Positions 40,044-52,482 of a stretch of DNA of 64,000 nt are shown piece after piece (position 1 is the first letter of the stretch; every line of letters starts with the position of its first letter). Below the pieces are notes generated by a model. It had not been told where the DNA came from. It did not search any database and saw only the letters and a list, made by a program, of their open reading frames with translations. A program made the position numbers and the translations under genes. This DNA is from Octopus sinensis (taxonomy: Eukaryota): contig NC_042997.1 in NCBI RefSeq assembly GCF_006345805.1, forward strand, positions 15,128,001 through 15,192,000, given 5' to 3'.

Positions 40044-40134
40044 TTGGTGATGGTGGTGGCCGCCGATCCTTGATGATGTGTTTAAGAGCTATGCTGATGG
40101 CTCCATTTAGCACAATTCCCCCAAAATAAGATGC
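40044..40134 (-). CDS. DOLPP1: DOLPP1 exon 3 (ASYFGGIVLNGAISIALKHIIKDRRPPPSP)
   Basis: ttcttattaaag acceptor, gtaagt donor, 91 nt, phase 0 to 1; PAP2 motif 1 K-x6-RP. Confidence 0.94.
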
Positions 40135-40848
40135 CTTTAATAAGAAAAAGAATTAAAGATTAGAATAACACCAATAGTGATATTATCATAAAACGATGAT
40201 GATGATTATTATGATGATTTAAAATGGTGATGATAGTGAGGGTATTGAGGATGTAAAATGGTGGTGAGGGCTATGATGATAGCAGCATTCAAGAAAACTG
40301 GTAAATGATTATTATGTAGGACACAACACAATATTTAAAAAAAAGAAAGAGACGTAACAAACACTCAAAGCAGAAGTCTGATTCTTCTCATATTTAAAAA
40401 CTTTATTATTAAGATCTTTCAAACAATAATGGACCCTTTTTACTGCTCTTTGCATGTGTATGGTTAAGAGCCTTGCTTAAGAAATCAATGCAATGCATAC
40501 AGAGAAACACAAAGTTAAAATCCATAGATTGACAATCATATCTTGTTAGTAAATCCCTGATATCTTCTAATAAGGACTAAATGTACATCCCTCTTTTTTT
40601 TCTTTTATTTTTTTTGATAGGGCATAATCAATTAAATCAATCCTAATATATTAAGTGGTCACACCCATATAAGAATGGACAACTTGGACATTAAAACAAT
40701 AATGGAAAAGTGATGATGTTCCTTAATTTTAGAGTTGAAAGATAAAATTTATTCCAGCAGGAATCTGAATGCTGAAACATGAGGAACTCAATAAATATCT
40801 CATTAGAAATATCCACTTCTTTGCCCTATATAACCTTTTATATATATA

Positions 40849-41247
40849 CTAGCAGTATCACCCGGTGTTGCTCGGGTTTGTAAGGGAAATAACTATATAA
40901 GCATTTTTAGAGAGTTATAGCCAAAAAATAGCAAAAAAAAATGCATTAAAAATGGAAACAAAAATGATGGTAAATTTTTTTTAAAACCGTTGACTCATCG
41001 TAGACATTTTTAGAGAGTTACTTCCCTTATATAATAGCGAAAAAAATGCATTAAAATGGAAAAAAATGATGGTAAATTTTTTTTTAAATCGTAGACTCAT
41101 CGTAGACGCGCGCTAATACCCAGAAGGGCTCAATATGAATCATGACTATAAGATACCCGGTTTTGGTTAAACTGCACCGCAAAATGTGGGAGTAGTTAGG
41201 AATCTAAATCGTAGGAGACAGACACACAACTTGACTTTTATATATAA

Positions 41248-41250
<3 letters not shown>
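40849..41250 (-). mobile_element. Non-autonomous Helitron family 1
   Basis: Reverse complement with intact TC and CTAG termini, TA-rich flanks. Confidence 0.87.
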
Positions 41251-41284
<34 letters not shown>

Positions 41285-42537
41285 GGCCATCAATAATGAT
41301 TCCTTACATAAATACAAGTCCAAATATCAAGGGATATATAACCAAACAAAACAGAACAGATGAGGGAGCCCATAGTTAGGGTTCTGGAAGATAAGTGGTA
41401 CAGCAACAGTTGATATCCTGTCAGTGATGTTCCATTCTGTATTTGCATTTGGCTAAGAAACTTGGTTTCCCTACTATACTCAGTTCAACAAGCTATAAAA
41501 TAACTCATAAAACCATGATTGTTCTTATCGTTAGGGCAAGTGCCCTCTCCACAGAATTTTCATTCAATTTACAGCTGCATACTTAGAACAGGCCTGTCAC
41601 TCGGATCATTCTTGCCACATTCTCCCACCTTTTAATGAAACTACTGGGTGGCAGCTCTTTCTTTTCTACCCTCACTTTCCTTTTCCAGTGAAGCTTTAAA
41701 AAAATTGATGAGTGCTTGGCCAAAGATAATAATAATGGTCCCAAATTTTGGCATAAGACCAGGGGAGGGAGTAAGTTGATTACCTCAACCTCAGTGCTCA
41801 ACTGGTACTTTATTGACCCCAAAAGGATGAAAGGCAAAATCAACCCCAATGGAATCAGAACTAAGAATGTAAAGAAGGACAAAATGTTGCTAAGCATTCA
41901 GTCTGGCATGCTAACAATTCTGCCAGCCCGCTGTCTTAAAAATAATAATCCTTTCTATTAAAGGCACAAAACCTGAAATTCGTGGAGGAGGTGGGTAGCC
42001 AATTACATCGACCCCACTGCTCCACTAGTACTTAATTTATCAACCCCCCAAAAAAATGAAAGGCAAAGTCAACCTTGGCAGAATTTGAACTCAGCATGTA
42101 GAGCTGAACAAAATGCTGTTAAGCATTTTGTCCAACGTGCGAATGATTCTGCCTTTGGCACAAGGCCAGCAATTTTAAGGGGTGGGGGTTTAGTTGACTC
42201 CATTGACTCTAGTACTTGATTGGTACTTTATTTTATCAATCTCAGAAGAATGATAAGCAAAGTGGCCTCAGCAGGATTTGAACTCAGAACAGAGAGCTAG
42301 AACAAATACGCAAAATATAATAACAATAAAAAAGGCCATTACCATAGTTGATTGAATAGTTTGTTATGGAACGCAAATTTTTTAAACCTCTAAATTGTAA
42401 ATCCGTTTGTACAGTCCAGTATATAAGCTGGCTCATACATTCAGAAAGAGGAGTTTACAAAAGTAGTTTGACACAAGAGCCCAGCAGCCTTCGATATTTT
42501 TTATCCAAAGGGCTTTTAGCCCAATATTTATATGCTA

Positions 42538-42930
42538 CTAGCAGTATCGCCCTGCGTTGCTCGGGTTTTTTTCGACCCTTTAGAATTGGAATTTTTGAAA
42601 ACTAAACATTATGCATTATGTAGCTTGTTATTCTCTTTAAGTGAACATTTTTCTGGTTGAAATACACCGAAAAATGGCGACACTGCAGTAAAAGAAATCG
42701 TAAAAAATTGGGATTTTCATAGAAAAAAAGCACCTTTTTGATGTAAATAAACTTTGGTGTTAACATGGTCCGATTTGAATTCTTTCTTCTACGGAAGGAA
42801 GAGCAAGCCTTCTTCTATCATACTCTCAATTTTGGTGAACTTGCGCCGCAGAGTCTCGGAGGAGATAGTGTTAGTTGAAGGCTACGAAACCTGCCATACA
42901 CAGACAACTTCAGCTTTATATATATAGAGA
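42538..42930 (-). mobile_element. Non-autonomous Helitron family 2
   Basis: Same terminal hairpin/CTAG as family 1, different body; second copy at 51495-51895 (+). Confidence 0.8.
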
Positions 42931-44276
42931 TTATTTATAGCTGTATTTACTTTGAGTTCAACCATTAAAAACAAATTATTTCATATACATATATCATATA
43001 TATACACACACATACACACTCTCTCTCTCTCTCTCTTTTACCTAGTTAAATAGGCGTTTTCCTTTCTTTGTCTTGCAAGTTATTTGGTGGCCTTGCTAGT
43101 GGTATGAAAAAAGCACCCACTGTGATGAAGTTGGCGTTAGGAGGGCAACCAGCCATGGAAACCAGGCTAAAGCTGACAGTGAAGCTTGATGAAGCTCTGT
43201 GGCTCATCAGATCCTATCAAATCATTCAACCCATACCAGCATGGAAAACTGACATTAAATGATGATGATGATGATATACGTAAGCAAATAACTAAAAGTA
43301 CTTCAAGTGTATGAAACTAAAAACAAGTCAGTATTTTAATCTCCGTCCAAATGCTTGGGAACAGAGCAGCGTTCTCTGTAACTGTTCTTTTACAAGCTGA
43401 TTTTCACTTGAATGCAATGTTCTAGATTATCATCCACTTATATTGTAAACTACAGAGTATCTAAAATTCAAAAGGTTAAATTTAAGTTGTGATAATTTAT
43501 ATATAACTAAGTGTATTCTAACGAAAGCCTGCTGTCATAACATTAACTCTAACAAGTCTGTGTCTGTTAGGAGACCTTAAATGGTAACACCGCAGAATCT
43601 GTTTTAATGGCATATGTGTCATTAACTTTTTTTCTTTTTTTTTAATAACAGGGTAGTTGTTTCAGACATTCACAATTTCATTACATAATGTTTTGAGAAA
43701 AATATGGTACCTATTCCCCTTAATTATATAAACTGAGGCACACATACAAGGAACAACAATTCTTTTTAATCACTTTCTCTATTAGATTGGTTTTGAAGGA
43801 GAGGCTTGTACTCTTGCCCTTTGCAGGCATTTCAAGACTGGAACAATTCATAGCAGATACAAATTGCTCTTCTATGATATTACTTACATGGCTAGTTACT
43901 TCCTCTATTAATGCTACTAAATACAACTTATTAATTTCAAGATTAAATATATCATCAATGAGGTCATCCATTCAAAATCTGAGTTTTAACCATCCTTAAT
44001 TCTTTTATTGTTAAAGCATATCGAAAAAAGATAGTTTTGTTATGAGAAATTTAGATGGTTAATCTCAGCAGTTTGATAGAATCTCTCTTGTTTATAAACC
44101 ATCATTAATGCTTTGATCCTCTATCTCGACCACAAATTGCAAAAAATTACAAAACCCTGCACTATAATAAACAGGAAGATTATTCAAACGTGAATTTCAC
44201 AATCCATGGTCATCTGTTCCAATATATGTAGTTATTGAAATCAGATATTCACAACTATATATATATATATATATAT

Positions 44277-46795
44277 CATCATCATCATCGTTTAACGTCC
44301 GTTTTCCGCGCTAGCACGGGTTGGACGGTTCGACCGGGGTCTGGGAAGCCAGGGGCCGCTCCAGGCTCCAGTCTGATCTGGCAGAGTTTCTACGGCTGGA
44401 TGCCCTTCCTAACGCCAACCACTCCGTGAGTGGAGTGGGTGCTTTTTACGTGCCACCTGCACAGGGGCCGGGGGGTCCGGCATCGGTCACGATCGGTTCG
44501 AGCTTTTAACGTGCCAGCGGCACGGGGGCAACGGGATCTGGGGTACTTTGAATGGGTAGGGGGTATGTGGAATTGCTGCAGAAAGCAGCCCGGGTCTTTG
44601 CAGTCACAGCAATTCTCCAGAGATCTCGGTCCTTCGCCATTGCCTCAGTGAGGCCCAATGCTCTGAGGTCATGCTTGACTACCTCATCCCATGTCTTCCT
44701 GGGTCTACCTCTCCCCCTGATACCTTCAACTGTTTGGGAGTGGCACTTCTTCACACATCTCTCTTCATCCATCCGCAGCACATGACCATACCATCGCAAG
44801 CGTCGCTCTTGCACACCACATCTGATGCTTCTTATATCCAGCATTTCTCTCAGGATGCTTACACTCTGTCTTGCGTGCACACTGACACTACACATCCAGC
44901 GGATCATGCTAGCTTCATTTCTTTCAAGTCTACGCATGTCCTCTGCAGTCACAGCCCATGTTTCATTACCGTGAAGCATGGCAGTTCGCACACATGCATC
45001 ATACAGTCTACCTTTCGCTCTGAGGGAGAGACCTTTTGTTGCCAGTAGGGGTAGGAGCTTTCTGAACTTTGCCCAGGCTATTCGTATTCTAGTGGTGATA
45101 CTCTCTGTGCATCCACCTCCGCTACTAACTTGGTCACCCAGGTAGCGGAAACTATCAACTACTTCTAGTTTCTCTCCCTGGAGTGTGATGGAATCTGTTT
45201 TCTGAGTGTCTGTTGTGTCTATTGTCCCTGTGCATCTGCCGCACATGAAAGCTATCTTATCTGTTAATTTCCCTTTAATGTTGCTGCACCTCTTATGTGT
45301 CCATAGCTTACATTGGGTGCATCTTATGGAGTTTCTACCTGTACCTTTCTTACAGATTGAGCAGGGCCACCTACCCGAGGGGGTGTGTGCTGAGTACCTC
45401 TTGCTGCTTACTAATACTTTGGTCTTTGCTACATTTATTCTAAGGCCCTTTGATTCTAACCCTTGCTTCCACACCCGAAATTTCTTTTCTAGTTCTGGTA
45501 GTGATTCTGCTATGAGAGCTAGGTCATCGGCATAGAGGAGCTCCCAGAGGCATCCCGTTTTGAATTCCTCTGTTATTGCCTGAAGGACTATGATGAATAA
45601 AAGGGGACTGAGGGCTGAGCCCTGGTGCACACCTACTTCTACCCGGAATTCTTCACTATATTCGTTGCCAATCCTAACCTTGCTGACAGCCTCTCTGTAT
45701 AGAGCCTGTACAGCCCTTATTAGCCATTCGTCAATCTCCAGTTTCCGCATCGACCACCAGATAAGGGAACGGGGAACCCTGTCAAAGGCTTTCTCCAAGT
45801 CTACGAAGGCTATGTAGAGGGGTTTATCTTTAGCTAGGTACTTCTCCTGCAGTTGTCGGACCAGGAATATAGCATCAGTGGTGCTTCTACCTGGTACAAA
45901 ACCGAACTGCATTTCATCTAAACAAATTCTCTCCCTAATGAGATGGGTTATGACCTTCTCTGAGACCTTCATCACCTGGTCCAACAGTTTGATACCTCTG
46001 TAGTTATTTCTATCTAGAGCATCACCCTTACCCTTGTAGCAGTTGACTATGGTGCTGCTGCACCAGTCATTGGGTATGACTCCATTGTGAACTACCTGGT
46101 TTACAATGCGGGTGACTATGTCATAGCCCACATAGCCAGCTGTTTTAAGCATCTCAGCAGTGATTCCTGATAGGCTGGGGGCTTTACCTGGTTTCATATC
46201 CTTAATTGCCTTATCTACAAGGGAGCTGTCTATTTGGGTAGCTGGTCCCTCTACTGGGTCAACATTTGGCAGGCTCTCCTCCTCCCATTCATTCTCCTCA
46301 TTCAGCAGTCTTTCATAATGGCTTCTCCAAGCCTCTTTCTTTTCACTAGCAGTAAAAGCAAGTGCCCCATCATCCATGCGGACACATTTCTCTCCTATAA
46401 CATCACTATTTTCTCTGACACACTGTCTGGCAATCCGAAATACTTCAGCTCTTTGATCCTCGCGTCGCTGGACATTGGCAAACTTCTTTTCTGCTACATC
46501 TTTGGCTATGTATACCTGCCGCCCAGCCTCCCTTTTGGCTATCTGGTACAGTTCCCTGCTGCCCCCATCCTTCCAGGCTTTCCAGGCCCGTCTCTTTTCA
46601 CAAATGGCTTTATCTACTGCACTATTCCACCACCACGTAATTCTAGGTCTGGAAGGGACTTTGCACCATCCACAGACTCGGTCTGTGGCACTCAGCAAGC
46701 TGTCCCGTAGGAATTCCCAGCTACCTTCTATGTCTGACGTCTGAAGCTCCTCCTCCCTCTCATCAAATTTCTTGATGAGTATGTCCCTAAATTTC
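44277..46795 (-). mobile_element. Young 5'-truncated RTE-clade LINE (copy 1): open ORF2 with RT and PHD finger, 3' UTR, (GAT)n tail
   Basis: ORF 44506-46698 (730 aa), open upstream to the truncation; QFGF, DLEKAFDRV, HQGSALSPLLF, YADD; RTE C-terminal RLRWYGHVLR..GRGRPRKTW; APE domain absent; (TA)n on both sides. Confidence 0.95.
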
Positions 46796-46820
46796 TATAT
46801 ATATATATATATATATATAT

Positions 46821-47279
46821 CATCATCATCATCATCATCATTGTTTAACGTCCGCTTTCAATGCTAGCATGGGTTGGACGATTTGACGGAGGGCTGGTGA
46901 ACCAGATGGCTGCACTAGGCTTCAATCTTGATCTGGCAGTGTTTCTACAGCTGGATGCTCTTCCTAACGCCAACCACTCCGAGAGTGTAGTGGGTGCTTT
47001 TACGTGCCACCAGCACGGAGGCCAGTAAGGCGATGCTGATATATATATATATATATATATATATCATCATCATCATCATCATCATTGTTTAACGTCCGCT
47101 TTCAATGCTAGCATGGGTTGGACGATTTGACGGAGGGCTGGTGAACCAGATGGCTGCACTAGGCTTCAATCTTGATCTGGCAGTGTTTCTACAGCTGGAT
47201 GCTCTTCCTAACGCCAACCACTCCGAGAGTGTAGTGGGTGCTTTTACGTGCCACCAGCACGGAGGCCAGTAAGGCGATG

Positions 47280-47282
<3 letters not shown>
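46821..47282 (-). mobile_element. Two identical tandem RTE 3'-tail fragments separated by (TA)n
   Basis: 46821-47038 and 47065-47282 identical by eye, period 244 bp. Confidence 0.9.
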
Positions 47283-47356
<74 letters not shown>

Positions 47357-48701
47357 TTAAGAAAGAGAAAGTGCTTGATACAGTATTATATATTTGAAAA
47401 ACTGAATAGAAATAGTTTTTCTGATAATTTAGCCATTTTAATAATTAGCTGTTCATAAAAACACCTAATAATTTATAAATATCTAATTATTAAAGTGGAC
47501 AAATTATCAGAAAAGTCATTTCAATTCATTTTTTCAAACATACATACATTTATTACCTTCTCTTCCTATTCCTCCTCTCTGACCATCTATTCCCTTCACT
47601 TGCCCCAAACTAATTTATATTCACTGTATCCAATTCAATCTCCATCTCTAATCAACTGTCGCACTGTCACAAACTTACCCATTCTTACTCTTTCTTTATC
47701 CCCATTATCTCTCTTATATCCACTTTTACCCAGAGGGTATAGTCTCACCATCTCTCTCTTTGCAGCTAGGGCACCCATGTATTTCCTCTTCAGCAAGACA
47801 CCTGGTCATGTCTCTCTATCACACTTTCAACTCCAGCAATATTGTATCCCACCCAGTTGAGAGGTTTTGTCTTGTTAGTATCTAAAGATCCCACTAGTGC
47901 TGGTGCAGTGCCATGAAAAAAAGTACATTCTGTAAAGTGGTTAGCATTGGATAGGATGGGCATCCAGTTGCAGAAATCAAGTCAAAGCAGACACTGGAGC
48001 TTGGCATACTGGCACAGGCCACTGGCTTATTGGTTCTTATCAAACTGTCCAACCCATGCCACCATGGAAAGTGAGCACTAAATGATGACCACACAAATAC
48101 ACACAAACTGTAACATTAGTGTAACATCTTAATATTAACTCTTTTACTCTTTTACTTGTTTCAGTCATTTGACTGCGGCCATGCTGGAGAACCGCCTTTA
48201 GTCGGACAAATCGACCCCGGGTCTTATTCTTTGTAAGCCCAGTACTTATTCTATCGGTCTCTTTTGCCGAACCACTAAGTGACGGGGACGTAAACACACC
48301 AGCATCGGTTGTCAAGCAATGCTAGGGGGACAAACACAGACACACACACATATATATTTATATATATATATATATATATGCGACAGGCTTCTTTCAGTTT
48401 TCGTCTACCAAATCTACAAGGCATTGGTCGGCCCGGGGCTATAGCAGAAGACACTTGCCCAAGATGCCACGCAGTGGGACTGAACCCGGAACCATGTGGT
48501 TGGTAAGCAAACTACTTACCACACAGCCACTCATGCGCCAAAACTTTATTATCTGAACCAAACAAATTTAAAAACAAAACTCTAAAGTTAGCATGTTGAT
48601 TAATATTGTCTCATCAAAGTTAAATGAAAAAAATCACCACTCTGTAAAACAACAGAGTTTATTTTACCTATCCCTGTTGTGGCCATTACGAAAGCCTTTA
48701 A

Positions 48702-49144
48702 CCCTTTCATTACTGTATTTATTTTGAGATGCTCTGTGTTTCTTTCAATAGCTTTAAATATAACAAAGAATTTAGTAAAATAACTTAGTTATCATTCAGC
48801 TAGTGTTAGGAATATAAATTGTGACTAAGGTTTGGTGGAAGATTTTAATTCAAAACAAATGAAAACAAGACATTTGTACTCAGAGCCAGAGCCGGTTTCA
48901 GCCGAGTTGGTAACGAAAGGGTTAACGCTTTAGTGTTCAGATTACTCTGTCAAATATAATGCTTTTTCATTCACATTGTTTTGAGTTAATCCTGCATTAT
49001 CTTGTAGCTCTGAGAATTTGATGATGTGATGGTTTATTTTGAGGATGTCATTGTAGGATATGAGGGAGAGGCCAGATCTCGATGGTTTGAACATAAAAGA
49101 AGTAGAAATTTGGGCCGGATATGGCCGGTTTAAATGCTAAAGGG
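48702..49144. mobile_element. Two abutting piggyBac MITEs: family 2 (48702-48921, CCCTTTC(A/G)TTAC...GTAACGAAAGGG) and family 1 (48926-49144), sharing one TTAA
   Basis: TTAA at 48698-48701, 48922-48925 and 49145-49148. Confidence 0.88.
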
Positions 49145-49334
49145 TTAAACATATATGAAGAGACTGAAGAGAAAATAGAATGGGAGGAGGGAATTAACCA
49201 TCTATTGACAGGGGTATCTGTCAAGAGGTGATTAGCTCTATTAATTTCAGGTTAGAATAAAGATGGTTTCGTGATGTCTATATCTTTAAGTCATGAAGTA
49301 CAGAGCCAAATGATGTTTCCAATTGTTTTCTATT

Positions 49335-50935
49335 GTACTAAGATGCACCAAGTGTAAGCTATGGACACATAAGAGGTGCAGCAATGTCAAAGGAAGGCTA
49401 ACTAGGAAGATGGTTTTTGTATGTGGCAGATGCTCAGGAACAATTAACACTGAAAATGCTCTGAGACCAACTTCTGTCACTTTCCAGGGAGAAAAGCTAG
49501 AAGTAGTTGATAGTTTCCGTTACCTAGGTGACCAAGTCAGCAGCGGGGGCGGGTGCGCTGAAAGTATAACTGCTAGAGTAAGAATAGCCTGGGCAAAGTT
49601 TAGAGAGCTCTTACCCCTGCTGGTGACAAAAGGCCTCTCGCTCAAAGTAAAAGGCAGACTGTATGATGCATGTGTACATACAGCCATGCTACATGGTAGT
49701 GAAACTTGGGCTGTGACTGCTGAGGATTTGCGTAAGCTCGCAAGAAATGAAGCTAGTATGCTCCAATGGATGTGTAACGTCAGTGTTCATAATCGACAGA
49801 GTGTAAGTACCTTGAGAGAAAAGTTGAACCTAAGAAGCATCAGTTGTTGCGTGCAAGAGAGACGTATGCGCTGGTATGGTCATGTGATGAGAATGGCTGA
49901 AGATAGTTGTGTGCGAAAGTGCCACACCCTGGCAGTTGAGGGGACCTGTGGAAGAGGTAGACCCAGGAAAACCTGGGTCGAGGCGGTGAAGCACGACCTT
50001 CGAACTTTAGGTCTCACCAAGGAAATGACCAGTGACAGAGACCTTTGGAAGTATGCTGTGCGTGAGAAAACCCGGCAAGACCAGTGAGAACAGTCAAAAT
50101 CAAAATCAAACCAAATTGAGGTCGATCAACATCAGGGCCCCCGTGCAGGTGACACGTAAAAGCACCATCCGTTCGTAGCCGTTTGCCAGCCCTGTCTGGC
50201 CCCCGTGTCGGTGGCACGTAAAAGCACCATCCGTTTGTGTTCGTTGCCAGCCTGGCCTGGCCCCCATGCCAGTGACACGCAAAAGCACCATCCGTTTGCC
50301 AGCTCTGTCTGGCCCCCGTGCCGGTGACACGTAAAAGCACCATCCGTTCGTGGCCGTTTGCCAGCTCTGTCTGGCCCCCGTGCCGGTGACACGTAAAAGC
50401 ACCATCCGTTCGTGGCCGTTTGCCAGCCCTGTCTGGCCCCCATGTCGGTGACATGTAAAAGCACCATCCGTTCGTGGCCGTTTGCCAGCCCTGTCTGGCC
50501 CCCATGTCGGCGACATCTAAAAGCACCATCCGTTCGTGTCCGTTGCCAGCCTCACCTGGCCCCCGTGCCGATGACATGTAAAAGCACCATCCGTTTCGTG
50601 GTCGTTTGCCAGCTCTGTCTGGCCCCCGTGTTGGTGGCATGTAAAAGCACCATCCGTTCGTGTCCGTTGCAAGCCTCGCCTGGCCCCGTGCCGGTGACAC
50701 GTAAAAGCACCATCCGTTCGTGGCGTTTGCCAGCTCTGTCTGGCATCTGTGCGGGTGGCACGTAAAAAGCACCCACTACACTCACGGAGTGGTTGGCGTT
50801 AGGAAGGGCATCCAGCCGTAGAAACACTGCCAGATCTGACTGGGCCTGATGAAGCCTTCCAGCTTCACAGACCCCAGTTGAACCGTCCAACCCATGCTAG
50901 CATGGAGAACGGACGCTAAATGATGATGATGATGA
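49335..50935 (+). mobile_element. 5'-truncated RTE LINE (copy 2, sister subfamily): C-terminal ORF2, minisatellite 3' UTR, (GAT)n tail
   Basis: Uninterrupted 254-aa ORF homologous to copy 1 from the second half of the PHD onward; tail ends atgatgatg at ~50935. Confidence 0.93.
50126..50765 (+). repeat. ~61-bp minisatellite (~10 units) inside the RTE 3' UTR
   Basis: Unit ccccgtgccggtgacacgtaaaagcaccatccgttcgtggccgtttgccagctctgtctggc, two interleaved subtypes and one shortened unit. Confidence 0.93.
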
Positions 50936-51494
50936 GCGTCTACATTATCTGCAAGATTAAGGTACCAGATTAATTAAGGTGCCAAAAGCACTTTTATGAC
51001 AGTTGTGGCAACTTATGCTGATATGATTGGTTTTATTGGCTAACAGCAGATGCATTCCTGTTATTAGATTTTATGTTGACACTATTTACAGTGAGGAATC
51101 CAGTTTAGTAAATCAGAACAAATTGGACAATACTATAACTATTAGCAAGCTACTAGTAAATAGTAACACAAATGTATTAACAGTAAATGTAAATAATAAA
51201 GTTTATCTCATTAAGTGGTAATTTCTAAGGAATGCTATCATCATCATCATCATCATCATCATTATTATCCCTATCGGAAACCATCATAAAACTCAGTTAA
51301 TAACTGACTGTGACAGTAATGAATATAGAACAGAAGAAAATTAATAAAAAAACAAAAAATAGGTCATTAAGAAGACAATAACTGAGGAGCTAAACTGTTA
51401 GAATGTAAAAAAAAAAAAAAATTTCTAGTTCATTACTAGTACTTTACTGAAATGAAACCAAAAAAGTTCTGGAAGTTGAATATGGAGTACTAAA

Positions 51495-51895
51495 TCTCTC
51501 TATATGTATAAAGCTGAAGTTGTCTGTGTATGGCAGGTTTGGTAGGCTTCAACTAACACTATCTCCTCTGAGACCCTGCGGCGCAAGTTGACCTAAATCA
51601 AGAGTATGATAGAAGAAGGCTTGCTCTTCCTTCTGTAGAAGAAAAAATTCGAATTGGACCATGTTATCCCCAAAAGTTATTTACATCAAAAGGGTGCTTT
51701 TTTTTCTATGAAAATTCCTATTTGTTATGATTTTTTGACTGCTGTGTCATCATTTTTCAGTGTATTTCAACCAGAAAAATGTTCACTTAAAGAGAATAAC
51801 AAGCTACATAAAGCAAAATTTTTACTTTTCAAAAATTCTAATTCTAAAGGGTTGAAAAGAAAACAAGCCTGAGCAACGCTGGGCTATACTGCTAG
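51495..51895 (+). mobile_element. Non-autonomous Helitron family 2
   Basis: A|TC...cctgagcaacgctggg...CTAG|T. Confidence 0.8.
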
Positions 51896-52263
51896 TTAAT
51901 TGCTAAAGTTAAAAAAAGTTGAAATAGTCCTATTGTTAAAAGAGTCATCAATGTAGAGAGCTGTTAACAACAAAGAACAGACAGCAAATGAGATAATTCA
52001 GTGATAGTGTGCCAATTGTTTTATGATATGGTATTGTTGAGGAGGTCTAATAAAACCAAAACCTGTCTGTAGTTATCATTGTATTTACCAAGCAGCAGAC
52101 CCATTTCTACACTGCTGGTCTCTATTTACTTTTCAACAAATTTAAATTTCAGTTTTCTCCCTTTACCTCTTTGACAAAAATTATCGTCAACATTCATGAT
52201 TTTTCTTCCCCTCATGAGTTTAATTTCAATTGGATGAAACTTTATTTTGTCTTACAACATTAA

Positions 52264-52482
52264 CCCTTTAGCATTCAGATTATTCTATCAAACATAATGC
52301 TTATTGATTCCCATTGATTTGAATTAATTATGCATTATCTCATATCTTCAAAATCTTAATGGTGTAATTACTTAATGTAGAATAACATTGTAGGATAGGT
52401 GTGAGAGCCTGGATCTGGTCAGTTTGAACATAAAACAGATTAGCTATTTTGGCCGGATATGGCCGGTTTAAATACTAAAGGG
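52264..52482. mobile_element. piggyBac-type MITE family 1, complete copy
   Basis: TTAA-CCCTTTAG ... CTAAAGGG-TTAA, 219 bp. Confidence 0.88.

Noticed and set aside
44552-46744. Plus-strand ORFs antisense to the RTE ORF
   Set aside because: Shadow frames of the RT coding sequence
50126-50765. CRISPR-like array (recurring aaaagcaccatccg at ~61-bp spacing)
   Set aside because: The intervening sequences are homologous to each other, not unique spacers; it sits in a LINE 3' UTR of a eukaryotic genome and there are no cas genes
50014-50890. Long repetitive minus-strand ORFs (up to 252 aa)
   Set aside because: Translations of the stop-poor minisatellite; no independent coding evidence
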